Assembly: GCA_036785375.1 (NCBI GenBank)
Contig: JAWMAR010000231.1
Location: 3,534,001 to 3,598,000 of the forward strand
Source: Leucoraja ocellata
Lineage: Eukaryota
Length of the DNA stretch: 64,000 nt
Reading direction: 5' to 3'
The translations under genes were made by a program, and so were the position numbers. The notes beneath the pieces were generated by a model that was not told the origin of the DNA, did not search any database, and saw nothing but the letters and a program-made list of their open reading frames with translations. This document shows, one piece after another, positions 22,234 through 32,693 of this stretch. Each line of letters starts with the position of its first letter. Position 1 is the stretch's first letter.

Positions 22234-23039
22234 CATTCCTTCTCTCCAGAAAGGCTGCCTGTTCCGCTGGTTTACTCCAGCTTTTTGTGTCTATCTTTGG
22301 TTAAAACCAGCATCTGCAGTTCCTTTCTACACAGTTCAGCTATTGCAAATACACAGATTGGGATTATTCTAACACAACCAGTCTATTGGACATCTAGATT
22401 AACAAATACTTTACAGTCCATTTTTACAGTGCATTGATTTAAAATTGAGCTGAGTGTAAATTGGAATGGGATTTGTATTATTTTTATGAGCAGGTTAAGT
22501 TAAAATCAAACCATTTTTAATATACTTGCAGTACATCAAATATACCAATAAATGTTACACCATCTATTCTCACACTTATTAATTTCATATAATTATTTGT
22601 CATACTTTTTCATCATATTTCCTTACTTGAGTATTCTCTCCAACTCAGCTGTAAATTGCAAATGATAATGAGATTCATTATCTAAACTATATTGTCAGTT
22701 GCATATAAAGTTTGCAGGAGGAGCAATTTATCAAACTAAAAATCATCAACATCAGATTATAGGATGTCAGAATAATAATGTTGGAATAATAAGATGGAGC
22801 TTATTAGCATTCAATTGAAGGAATAATGTGTGCAAAGACTGTCATGTAATTTAAAAAACTTGTCTTTTGATCCATATTCAGTGTCCTAGAAATAAACGAC
22901 AGTTTTAGGAATTGACATGAAATGTCTGCGTATGATGTGACTAAAGTGCAGGAGGTTCGTATAATAGACTGATCAGATCATTCAATCCTCTTTGTGTCAC
23001 TATCACACTTAAGGCCTCCATGAGGGAGCACTCTACTGC

Positions 23040-23345
23040 CAGCCTATGACCTACATCACAGCACACACATCCATCTCTTCACTACTGCGCTTCACCACAT
23101 TATCACCAGATGATCCCGTTGATATTTCCTGCCTGTGCACAGTGTGAGGATGTTTTGGGAAATGCTTCACCTATCATTCAGCACACATGACCAATCCATT
23201 TCCACTTCTTCCACTTCACGGTTTGGTCTGTTAGATTTTATGTTCATAGAGGATGAAGCCTCCACAGATGTTATATCAGTAGCTGTTATGGAAGGGCCCT
23301 GGCTTTTGAGCAATCCTTGTGGTTACTTTCCAGCACTCTGACATA
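23040..23345 (-). mobile_element. Ancient RTE-clade LINE fragment
   Basis: The minus strand reads aagtggaaatggattggtcatgtg = KWKWIGHV, the RTE W.GHV.R motif. Confidence 0.55.
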
Positions 23346-23364
23346 TTACACATTACAACTCAGG

Positions 23365-24310
23365 TTCATAAATCATAGGATTAGAATTAGGGTATTTGGC
23401 CCATCGAGGTCAACCCTCATCCTTCTGAACTTCAGTGAGTAAAGGTCCGGTGCCGTCAAATGCTCATCATTTGTTAATCCTAATCATCCCTGGGATCACT
23501 CTCTTAAACCCTTTCTGGACCCTCTCCAACACCTGCACGTCATTTGTCAGATGTGAGGCCCTAACCTGCTCACAATACTTTAAATGCGCTCTGACCAGTG
23601 CCTTATAAAGTCTCAGCGTTACATCCCTGTTTTTATATTGTAGTCCTCGCAAAATAAATGCTAACATTGCATTTGCTTTCCTTACCATCCAATCCACACT
23701 TTGTAACTAAATCTCTCCATTCCAAATCTCTTTGGCATTTCTCTTTCTTTTTTTGCTACCACATCCTTCCTGTCACATCAATCAGAATTGTACATAACAT
23801 CCTGAGCATGTTTTATACAACCATGACATGGCACCCCAACTCTTATACTCAATGCTTAGGCCTATGAAAGCAAACATATCAAATGTCCTTTGCACTCTCT
23901 TATCCATCTATATCAGCACTTTCAGGGGGCTATGGACTTGCCCCCAAAGCTTTATTTGCACACCGACAATCTCTGCCAATTACTCTACATCTCCGACCTG
24001 AATTTGACTTCTGAAAGTGCATTACCTCACACTTATCTGGATTAAATTCCATATCCCAGTGTTTTTCCCAACTTTCCAGCTGATACACATCCTGCTGTAT
24101 TCTTAGACAACTTTATTCGCTATCTAGAATCCACTAATTGCAGTTTGTGTCATCAGCAAACGTAATAATCATACCATCTACATTCTCATCTAAGGCATTC
24201 ATACATATTAATACAAAGGGAAGGGCCTAACAATAAACATTAATCTTTGTGGTATATCACTTGTTGCAGATTTGCAGTCAGGTGAACGCCCATGCACCAC
24301 TACCCTCTGC
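23365..24310 (-). mobile_element. Decayed CR1 fragments (two ages)
   Basis: ORF 23467-23697 KANAMLAFILRGLQYK...LYKALVR; 23760-24310 is an older RT-region remnant. Confidence 0.75.
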
Positions 24311-24339
24311 CTCCTATCACCGAGCCAAACTCAATTACA

Positions 24340-24890
24340 AACACAATCACAATCTCAATAATACTTTATTAGCCAGGTATGTTTTGCAACATCAGAGGAA
24401 TTTAATTTGCCAAGTCAGTCATACAAATAAAAAGTAACGGAACACACAAAACACATTTTAACATAAACACCCATCACAGAGACTCCTCCACATTCCTCTC
24501 TGTGATGGAAGGCGAAAAAAAGTTCGATCTCTTCCCTTCGCTCTTCCGCGGTCGGGGGCCTCAAGCCTTCCGTTGACGGGATGATATTGACTCCCCTAGC
24601 CGGCGGCGAGCCCTCTGCGTCAAGGCGATCTACTCCTGCATCGAGGGATGTCAGCTCCCCCGGCCAGACGATTGAACCTCGCGTCGGGGCTGGTCGAACC
24701 TTCCACGACGTTCCGTCAGCTCCTGACATTCACATTGCAGTAGAACTGGGTTTCTAAACTTGAAAATCATTCAAGGTCGACTATCAGCAAGCCTATTGAC
24801 TATACGGCATTCGTTAATTGTAATTGTAATTGTAATTAATTTATTAGCCAAGTATGTAATACATACAAGGAATTTGAAAGTCATACCTTT
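24340..24890 (-). mobile_element. Non-autonomous retroelement related to 5800-6331, plus a second isolated tail at ~24815-24890
   Basis: Shared tactttattagcca.gtatgt..caacat..aggaattt and ctgtgatggaagg blocks. Confidence 0.65.
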
Positions 24891-27252
24891 AGAGAGCAAA
24901 AACAATTAAACATCCATGGTCAGATTAACAGGAGTATTCATTGTGACATCAACGTGACTGTTTGCAACCCTCAAACTCCAGGTGCTTCCAGTGGCCTTGT
25001 TTAAGGGTTGAAGTTTAAAGCCACAATTCAGCAAATGAAGTTCATTAACTGCTTTGTTCTGTTCTGAAGACATTTTCTTTGCATTCATTATATTGGAAGG
25101 CCCTCCAGAAATCCTCACAGTTATTCTTTCCATTAGAGTGCCACTTAAGAGTTTACATAAAGGAAATTTAACATCAGTGCATAAAAGATAAGGATGAGAA
25201 CACATTAAATGCACGGAAATACATGCGCACAGTGCTAAAATTCCCAATGGCACTGGGTAATGTAGGATTAATCAGTCATGTGTGGGAGGATGCACTTTCG
25301 TGTGATGCCTTTTGACAGCAAAATCCTTTCCTACACATGGCCCAAGGATACATCTGCATACTTAGTGCATGTATATTGCTATCTACCACCAGCTCTGCAG
25401 CAGTGAGCTTAATGGATGAAGTGCTGATTTGCTGATACCTCTATTAGGGAATTTATTCACCCCTCAGCAGCAATGCTGCACCATGTAACTAGCAAGATAT
25501 TGTGATTATTGTGCAAACTCAACCTGGATGATGTCACAGGGGTGACATTTAGTTTCAGCAAATTCAAAATGTCACTTGCATCTGGGCACTATTCTCTACT
25601 AAATTGTAATCAGCCACAGTTAGAGTATAACTCATGTCTCCTAGCCAGGGATCCATTAATTACTTCAGTGTGTGCATTGGGAGCACTGAATATAAAACAA
25701 GCCTTAACTTCAATAATTAACTGCTAATGCTCAAATACCAGCTGCTCAGAAAGCTGCAGCTTTTTCTTTTGATTTACATTGGATATAATTTGTAGAGTCT
25801 TGCACTACATCCCCCTAAATGTTGCCGTCATTTTCTGTTGGTATTGCTTACACGAGATGGTACCAGTGACAGACGACCAGTTCAGCTGCTGGGAACGATG
25901 TCTCTTACTTCATTATTTCATGGCACCCTTAGTTATGAAAAGCATAAATTTACTCTCTCCACTTTACATTCTCCAAAAATGGATGATGCTAATTTTACAT
26001 AATGAGGCACATCTTGAACAGAATTAGTCTTAATTTGTTTCCAGTAATGACAATAAAACTAACGATTGCCTGTTGCAAAAAGTATCCGTTCACAGTACTT
26101 TCCAAAGACCATATTGTTAATGATCCAAGAATGTGTTCAAATAAAGGCGTTTAACTCAAAGGCAACTTCATCACTTACATGGAGCATGGGACTGTGTTCC
26201 CAAAGCAAGACTCTTACTGCAGTTGGGCTTTTAGTTCTTGCTTCATTATCTAAAAAGCCTATTTTTTTTTCCTCGTGTAATGTGCCCAGCAATCCTCAAG
26301 TGGAAGCATACTCAGGGTAATATCTGGAAAGCTTATGCATTGAATTCCCTTTATATTTAAGTCTTTCTGCACTAATACATTTGATTAGAATTTTCCAGTT
26401 GCAATTTAGTTAATGTGAGAAAATTCTTAATGCCTGAGCTACAGAAATACCTCGCTACTGAACTACATGTTTAGCTAATCGATTTGATCAAGAAATTTAA
26501 GTTATGCATCCCATTTTTAATTAAAATGCTGAGTTTTTGCATTTTTTTGTTAGGGATGGATGTGAAAGACAATTCAGCACATATTTACCTATTCACATAA
26601 AGATCCCCTTAATTTCCTCCAATTGTGGCACCATTTATTTTTTCAGTGTTTATACCTCTTCTATACCTGGAAATACAGTTCATGCACTGATCATTCTTTG
26701 CAGAAGAATTTGCCAAAATGGTTTGGTCTGGGTATGCTTCATCAGTTTAAACCAAAGTTCTACTTCTGCAAATTAAAGTCATACTGTATTCCAGATATGC
26801 CATTAGCTGTCATGAGGCCCTGAAGTTTTAATGCATCTGAAAAGATTTGATAAATGAGTGCAGAAACAGGGTGCCAACAATTAGTCTGAATGATGGATCA
26901 CGCACTCCACTGCAAACTTCTGCTTTCGTTGAGGCCCAACACCTCAGGCATAATTGACCAGCCTTTGCACATTTCAACCTGCTATTGCTGTGTTGGTAAA
27001 GGCTAGTGCCAGTGCTTTGGTGTGATGGTACGTGTCGATATTGTGTACGGGTCCCTCAAAAAAACTGAACATTATTATTTTGTTTTCCAGCCAAGTAACA
27101 TATATGTTTATTATCAAACATACAGCCACCTTTTTGTCTACAAAATAGCACTGACTTGTAGTCGTAAGTCTGATTGTGCTTGTGCTTTGGCTGGAAGGGC
27201 AAGGGAGCTACCAAAGTCCTGCACAGGATTGCCAGATGGAGGCAAAGGGGAG

Positions 27253-27304
27253 AGGATGCTCGGCTAGAATGCTCGGCCAGATGCTCGGCCAGAATGCTCG
27301 GCCA
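27253..27304. repeat. Short tandem repeat, 4 x 12-13 bp (ATGCTCGGCCAGA)
   Basis: Read directly from the sequence. Confidence 0.85.
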
Positions 27305-28117
27305 GGTGGGTGTGGTGAGGAGATGTCAGATCAGAATGGCAAATATAGATGTGATGTAGAGTGGCAGGAGATTGGGGGAAACAGGGTCAGTGCAGTGGAG
27401 GAGAGAGGGCTGAGGCATAAACAGCTAAGTGATTGACCTACCCAACAAATGACACAGAAGATAGACACAAAATGCTGGCAGCATCTCTGGAGAGAAGGAA
27501 TGGGTGACGTTTCAGGTTACGACCCTTCTTCAAACTGTCAAGGCCTGGTGCTGCATTGGGAAGACAAGGTTGTGTTGACGATACCTGACATCAGTTGCTT
27601 TCATGACAATATGGTCCAAGTCCTCCAGTACTGCTCATAAATGCATGCTGTATGCGGGGGAATTATTGAATTTTGTGTTCCCTTTACGTTGTATTCTTGC
27701 AATATTGCATTTCTTTGGAATTTTCTTATTACCATCTAGCTGCGATTTCTGTAGTGACAAGGATTTCTTACTGTCTGAGCCATGTGGAAGCCAAATAGAC
27801 ATAAAAAAAGGTTGCTACTATCCTTAACACGTAGCTGGTGCACAAAGAAAGTGCCAAAAGCATAAGGGTGATGACTTACATTCAAAGAATCCTGGTCAAA
27901 TGTGCTGATGAATGCGATTGATCTTCAACATGGATATACTGGCCAACGGGCTTGTTTCTGTGCTGGATGACTCCACGATTCCATGAAATCTCTGGAATGA
28001 CAGTAAACAACCAGACAATATCACAATCACATTTCACTCAAGGTGGCACAAAACAAAAATAAACTATTTCCAATTTCACCAAAATGCCAAAGATTATGTA
28101 ATTACATTTCCAGATGT

Positions 28118-28298
28118 GTAGAAAGGAACTGCAGATGCTGGTTTAAATCGAAGATAGACACAAAATGTTGGAGTAACTCAGTGGGACAGGCAGCATTTCT
28201 GGAGAGAAGAATTGGGTGGCTTTTCCGAAACGTCACCCATTCCTTCTCAACCAAGATGCTGCCTGTCCCGCTGAGTCACTCCAGCATTTTGTGTCTAA
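28118..28298. mobile_element. Palindromic Penelope-like pLTR relic
   Basis: tagacacaaaatgttggagtaactcag... and ...ctgagtcactccagcattttgtgtcta are inverted arms around ccgaaacgtcacc. Confidence 0.7.
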
Positions 28299-28574
28299 CT
28301 ATTGAATTTCCAGATAAAGGTTTCGATAAGGCCAGGTCCTTTTCTATTCTTACCTTATAATTCACGCTCCTGCCATGAATATGCCAATGTACTGAGCTGT
28401 TCAAACATCCATCTATTGTTCCAGCAATAAGGTACACCAGTTTTCACGTGCTTTTGCCAGGATCATTTACACCGGAGTCAGATTTTATTCTTAGGATTTT
28501 GTAAACTTGCAATTGGATAAGGTTTAGCATTGAATTTATGTGTATCTGGTATACGAGTACCTTGTTTATGAGTT

Positions 28575-30284
28575 TTAGAAACATAGAAACATAGAAATTA
28601 GGTGCAGGAGCAGGCCATTCGGCCCTTCGAGCCTGCACCGCCATTCAATATGATCATGGCTGATCATCCAACTCAGTATCCCGTACCTGCCCTCTCTCCA
28701 TACCCCCCGATCCCCTTAGCCACAAGGGCCACATCTAACTCCCTCTTAAATATAACCAATGAAGTGGCCTCAACTACCCTCTGTGGCAGAGAGTTCCAGA
28801 GATTCACCACTCTCTGCGTGAAAGAAGTTCTTCTCATCTCGGTTTTAAAGGATTTCCCCTTTATCCTTAAGCTGTGACCCCTTGTCCTGGACTTCCCTAA
28901 CATCGGGAACAATCTTCCTGCATCTAGCCTGTCCAACCCCTTAAGAATTTTGTAAGTTTCTATAAGATCCCCTCTCAATCTTCTAAATTCTAGAGAGTAT
29001 AAACCAAGTCTATCCAGTCTTTCTTCATAAGACATCCTGACATCCCAGGAATCAGTCTGGTGAACCGTCTCTGCACTCCCTCTATGGCAATAATGTCCTT
29101 CCTCAGATTTGGAGACCAAAACTGTACGCAATACTCCAGGTGTGGTCTCACCAAGACCCTGTACAACTGCAGTAGAACATCTCTGCTCCTATACTCAAAT
29201 CCTTTTGCAATGAAAGCTAACATACCATTCGCTTTCTTTACTGCCTGCTGCACCTGCATGCCTACCTTCAATGACTGGTGTACCATGACACCCAGGTCTC
29301 GCTGCATCTCCCACTTTCCCAATCGGCCACCATTTAGATAATAGTCTGCTTTCCTGTTTTTGCCACCAAAATGGATAACCTCACATTTATCCACATTATA
29401 CTGCATCTGCCAAACATTTGCCCACTCACCCAGCCTATCCAAGTCACCCTGCAGTCTCCTAGCATCCTCCTCACAGCTAACACTGCCCCCCAGCTTAGTG
29501 TCATCCGCAAACTTGGAGATATTGCCTTCAATTCCCTCATCCAGATCATTAATATATATTGTAAATAGCTGGGGTCCCAGTACTGAGCCTTGGGGTACCC
29601 CACTAGTCACTGCCTGCCATTGTGAAAAGGACCCGTTTACTCCTACTCTTTGCTTCCTGTTTGCCAGCCAGTTCTCTATCCACATCAATACTGAACCCCC
29701 AATGCCTTGTGCTTTAAGTTTGTATACTAATTTCTTATGTGGGACCTTGTCGAAAGCCTTCTGGAAGTCCAGATACACCACATCCACTGGTTCTCCCCTA
29801 TCCACGCTACTAGTTACATCCTCGAAAAATTCTATAAGATTCGTCAGACATGATTTACCTTTCGTAAATCCATGCTGACTTTGTCCAATGATTTCACCAC
29901 TTTCCAAATGTGCTGCTATCCCATCTTTAATAACTGACTCTAGCAGTTTCCCCACTACCGATGTTAGACTAACTGGTCTGTAATTCCCCATTTTCTCTCT
30001 CCCTCCCTTCTTAAAAAGTGGGGTTACATTTGCTACCCGCCAATCTTCAGGAACTACTCCAGAATCTAAAGAGTTTTGAAAAATTATTACTAATGCATCC
30101 ACTATTTCTGGAGCTACTTCCTTAAGTACTCTGGGATGCAGCCTATCTGGCCCTGGGGATTTATCGGCCTTTAATCCATTCAATTTACCCAACACCACTT
30201 CCCGGCTAACCTGGATTTCACTCAATTCCTCCAACTCCTTTGACCCGCGGTCCCCTGCTATTTCCGGCAAATTATTTATGTCTT
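28575..30284 (-). mobile_element. Young 5'-truncated CR1 LINE; RT domain open for ~410 codons, one frameshift near 29035
   Basis: ORF 28990-30270 carries KSPGPD, YRPVSL, YLDFQKAFDKV, GVPQGSVLGP and FADD; the C-terminus is in ORF 28673-29131. Confidence 0.97.
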
Positions 30285-30832
30285 TTAAAATATTGGAAAC
30301 TTCATTTTTTTTATTGATGGCCAGAACTTCGAGTTTACTTTTCTATTCTCTTGCTTTGTTTAGCAATGCTTGGTAATTTTATCAACCACATTTCTTCCAT
30401 CATCACAAATTTTCCAACTCTTCTTCTGCTCTTGTCATCAACTTATAACCCTCTTGGTCTTATCCCAATGATCATCAAGTTCTTGTTATTTGCATTGGCT
30501 TTCTCTGGTGGGACATTGGAATTAACTTCAGAGAAATGTCAATGGCTAAAAATATTCATTCAGCCTGTACCCTCAAGGTAATTGGGATCAGGGTTATTAT
30601 CAGAGATGAGAAGTAGTCCGCAGCTATTTATTGGAATGCTGCATTATTTTATAGAAGAAATAAAATAGGCAATCATCATAGTCCCTGAAACTTTGGATCT
30701 TTCACTGCAGATGCAATCACGCACTGATGCAAAGTGCAGGTGGAACATGGACAGCAGTATTCTAATGTAGCCAGGAGCCAGGCAGGCAATGACAGACCCA
30801 AAGCTAAACAGTGCAGAATCTGAAGACTTTTA

Positions 30833-31000
30833 TAGAATAGAAACATAGAAAAATAGGTGCAAGAGTAGGCCTTTTTGGCCCTTCGAGCCAGCACCGCCAT
30901 TCAATGTGACCATGACTGATCATCTAAAATCAGTACCCTGTTCCTGCTTTTTCCCCATATCCCTTGATTCCTTTAGCCCTAAGAGCTAAAACTAACTCAA
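30833..31000 (-). mobile_element. CR1 3'UTR fragment
   Basis: (AAACATAG) tail and gccattcaatgtgaccatg. Confidence 0.8.
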
Positions 31001-31540
31001 TTCAATTCAGTTTCAATTTCAAAACTTTATTGGCATGATAAAAAATACATTGTTATATTGCCAAAGTATAAAACCTGACATACATATTTAAAATGCATAA
31101 GTATAAATACAAGTATACAGTGCATGGATAGATATGTCCCTGTACATAAACTGACAATAGGCCTATAGCCCTTTATTGATTGCTACGCGTTCTTGCAGCT
31201 GTAAGTTGTACAACAGAATAGCAAGTTTAGCAATTCAATATTAATTTCTTAGTGTCAGTTAATGTCAATTAGTGTGTGCGTACATATGTGCATGTTGGTC
31301 ATTCACCGTCTCTCAGGTTATGGCATGCTGTTACGTATTGTGCACCAAGATGTGCCGTATTTCATTCGCCAAGGATTATTCTTAGTTTTGATGTATCATC
31401 TAGATCTTTAAAATCAGGGATTGCCACACTGAGTTTCTCAAAGTATGTTTTCCTTGTTTTGTCAATTTATTTGCATTTTAGGAGGAAGTGCACCTCTGTT
31501 TCAACCTCATCTGTCAAACAGTGGCCACATACTCTCTATA
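31000..31540 (-). mobile_element. 3' end of an RTEX/CR1-group LINE with a CCHC-type C-terminal motif
   Basis: The minus strand encodes RVCGHCLTDEVETEVHFLLKC, followed by a 3'UTR with AATAAA and a (TGAAT)n-like tail. Confidence 0.65.
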
Positions 31541-31630
31541 ACCTGCCAGCAAACATTTGAATTCCAGGTTACTGCCATTATCCACAATTCTGTACATTTC
31601 TTGATCAACAAACCATCTTGATAGATGTTA

Positions 31631-32257
31631 TTTGCCTTCTACAATTCACAATTTATTAAAAAGAACAAAAATCTATGCAGGAAATCTGAAAGATAAGATT
31701 GAAACTAATGAAAGGAAAGCATCTGTTTTAAGACAAGCACATTAGATTTTAACCTTCAAAAATGGGGGGGGGGTGGTGAGAGGTAGGAGACTTTTTAGTT
31801 TAGTTTAGCTTGCGAACAGGTTCTTCCACCCACCAAGTCCACATTGATCACCCGTTCACGTCAACAGGTGGAGAGATGTTAAATTTAAATACTGTAAATC
31901 TCAGGCTGGCATCAATCTAACTCAAACTGTTCACATCTGTATTTACAGGAATTGAATAAAACTGTAGAAAACCATTCAGCAGATGGGTCCTCAGTTAAAT
32001 ATTATCTCAAAGGTCTGTGCCTCCTCATCATTCTCTATTTGAAATTTAATCTACTGGGCCTGGAAAGTAAACTAAGCCCTTCTTCGTTCTTACGGATCTA
32101 GTCTAGTTGCATCCCTCATCGACCATTTTCAGCATGCGGCCCCTCATGCATGCACAAAATCGCAGATGTGGGGGATCTGAGTAAAATCAAAACATTCTTA
32201 AATACTCAGTAGGTCAGGCAGTGTCAGTGGAGAGAGAAGCATGGTTGACGCTTCATG
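31631..32257 (+). repeat. Left arm of a 627-bp inverted duplication
   Basis: Reverse complement of 42839-43464, roughly 97% identical by eye. Confidence 0.97.
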
Positions 32258-32665
32258 CTGGAGAAACTCAGCGGCAGCATCTATGGAGCAAAGGAATAGG
32301 TGACGTTTCAGGTCGATCCTTCTTCAGACTGGTTCTTCAGTCTGATAAAGGGTCTCGACCTGAAACTTCACCTTGTAGTGGCCTGGATGAGGTCAGGAAA
32401 AGATCAGATGCCAGGCAGGTTCAGAAGTCGTTTTTGAAACAAGGCAAAAAACCAGAACGCCTGTGAGCAGGACCCGGGAAACCCCGTGGGCAGACAATCG
32501 TCCCTGTCCCTCAAGAGCCGAGGGGGGATGACCCAAGGAGTGCCCTAGCCCCTAGGAACCGCCACAACCTTTTCCTTTGCTCCATAGATGCCGCCTCACC
32601 CGCTGAGTTTCTCCAGCATTTTTATCTACCTTTGATTTTTCCAGCATGTGCAGTTCTTTCTTAAC
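32255..32665. mobile_element. Palindromic Penelope-like pLTR relic with hammerhead-like cores on both strands, interrupted by a solo LTR
   Basis: Arms ctggagaaactcagcgg..catctatggagcaaagga and tcctttgctccatagatg..ccgctgagtttctccag. The minus-strand core CUGAAGA-AGG(AUCGA)CCU-GAAAC-GUC lies at 32327-32302. Confidence 0.75.
32374..32566 (-). mobile_element. Solo LTR (193 bp), TG...CA ends, 4-bp TSD ACCT
   Basis: ACCT(32370-73)|TGTAGTGG...CCGCCACA|ACCT(32567-70). Removing it restores the pLTR sequence. Strand is inferred weakly. Confidence 0.8.
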
Positions 32666-32693
32666 ACTGCAATAATTATGGAGACATATCTTC

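Noticed and set aside
24885-25253. 115-aa minus-strand ORF with nearby AAG|GTATGA as a host exon
   Set aside because: The ORF stops before the apparent donor, the donor lies in a repeat tail, and the protein has no recognisable motif.
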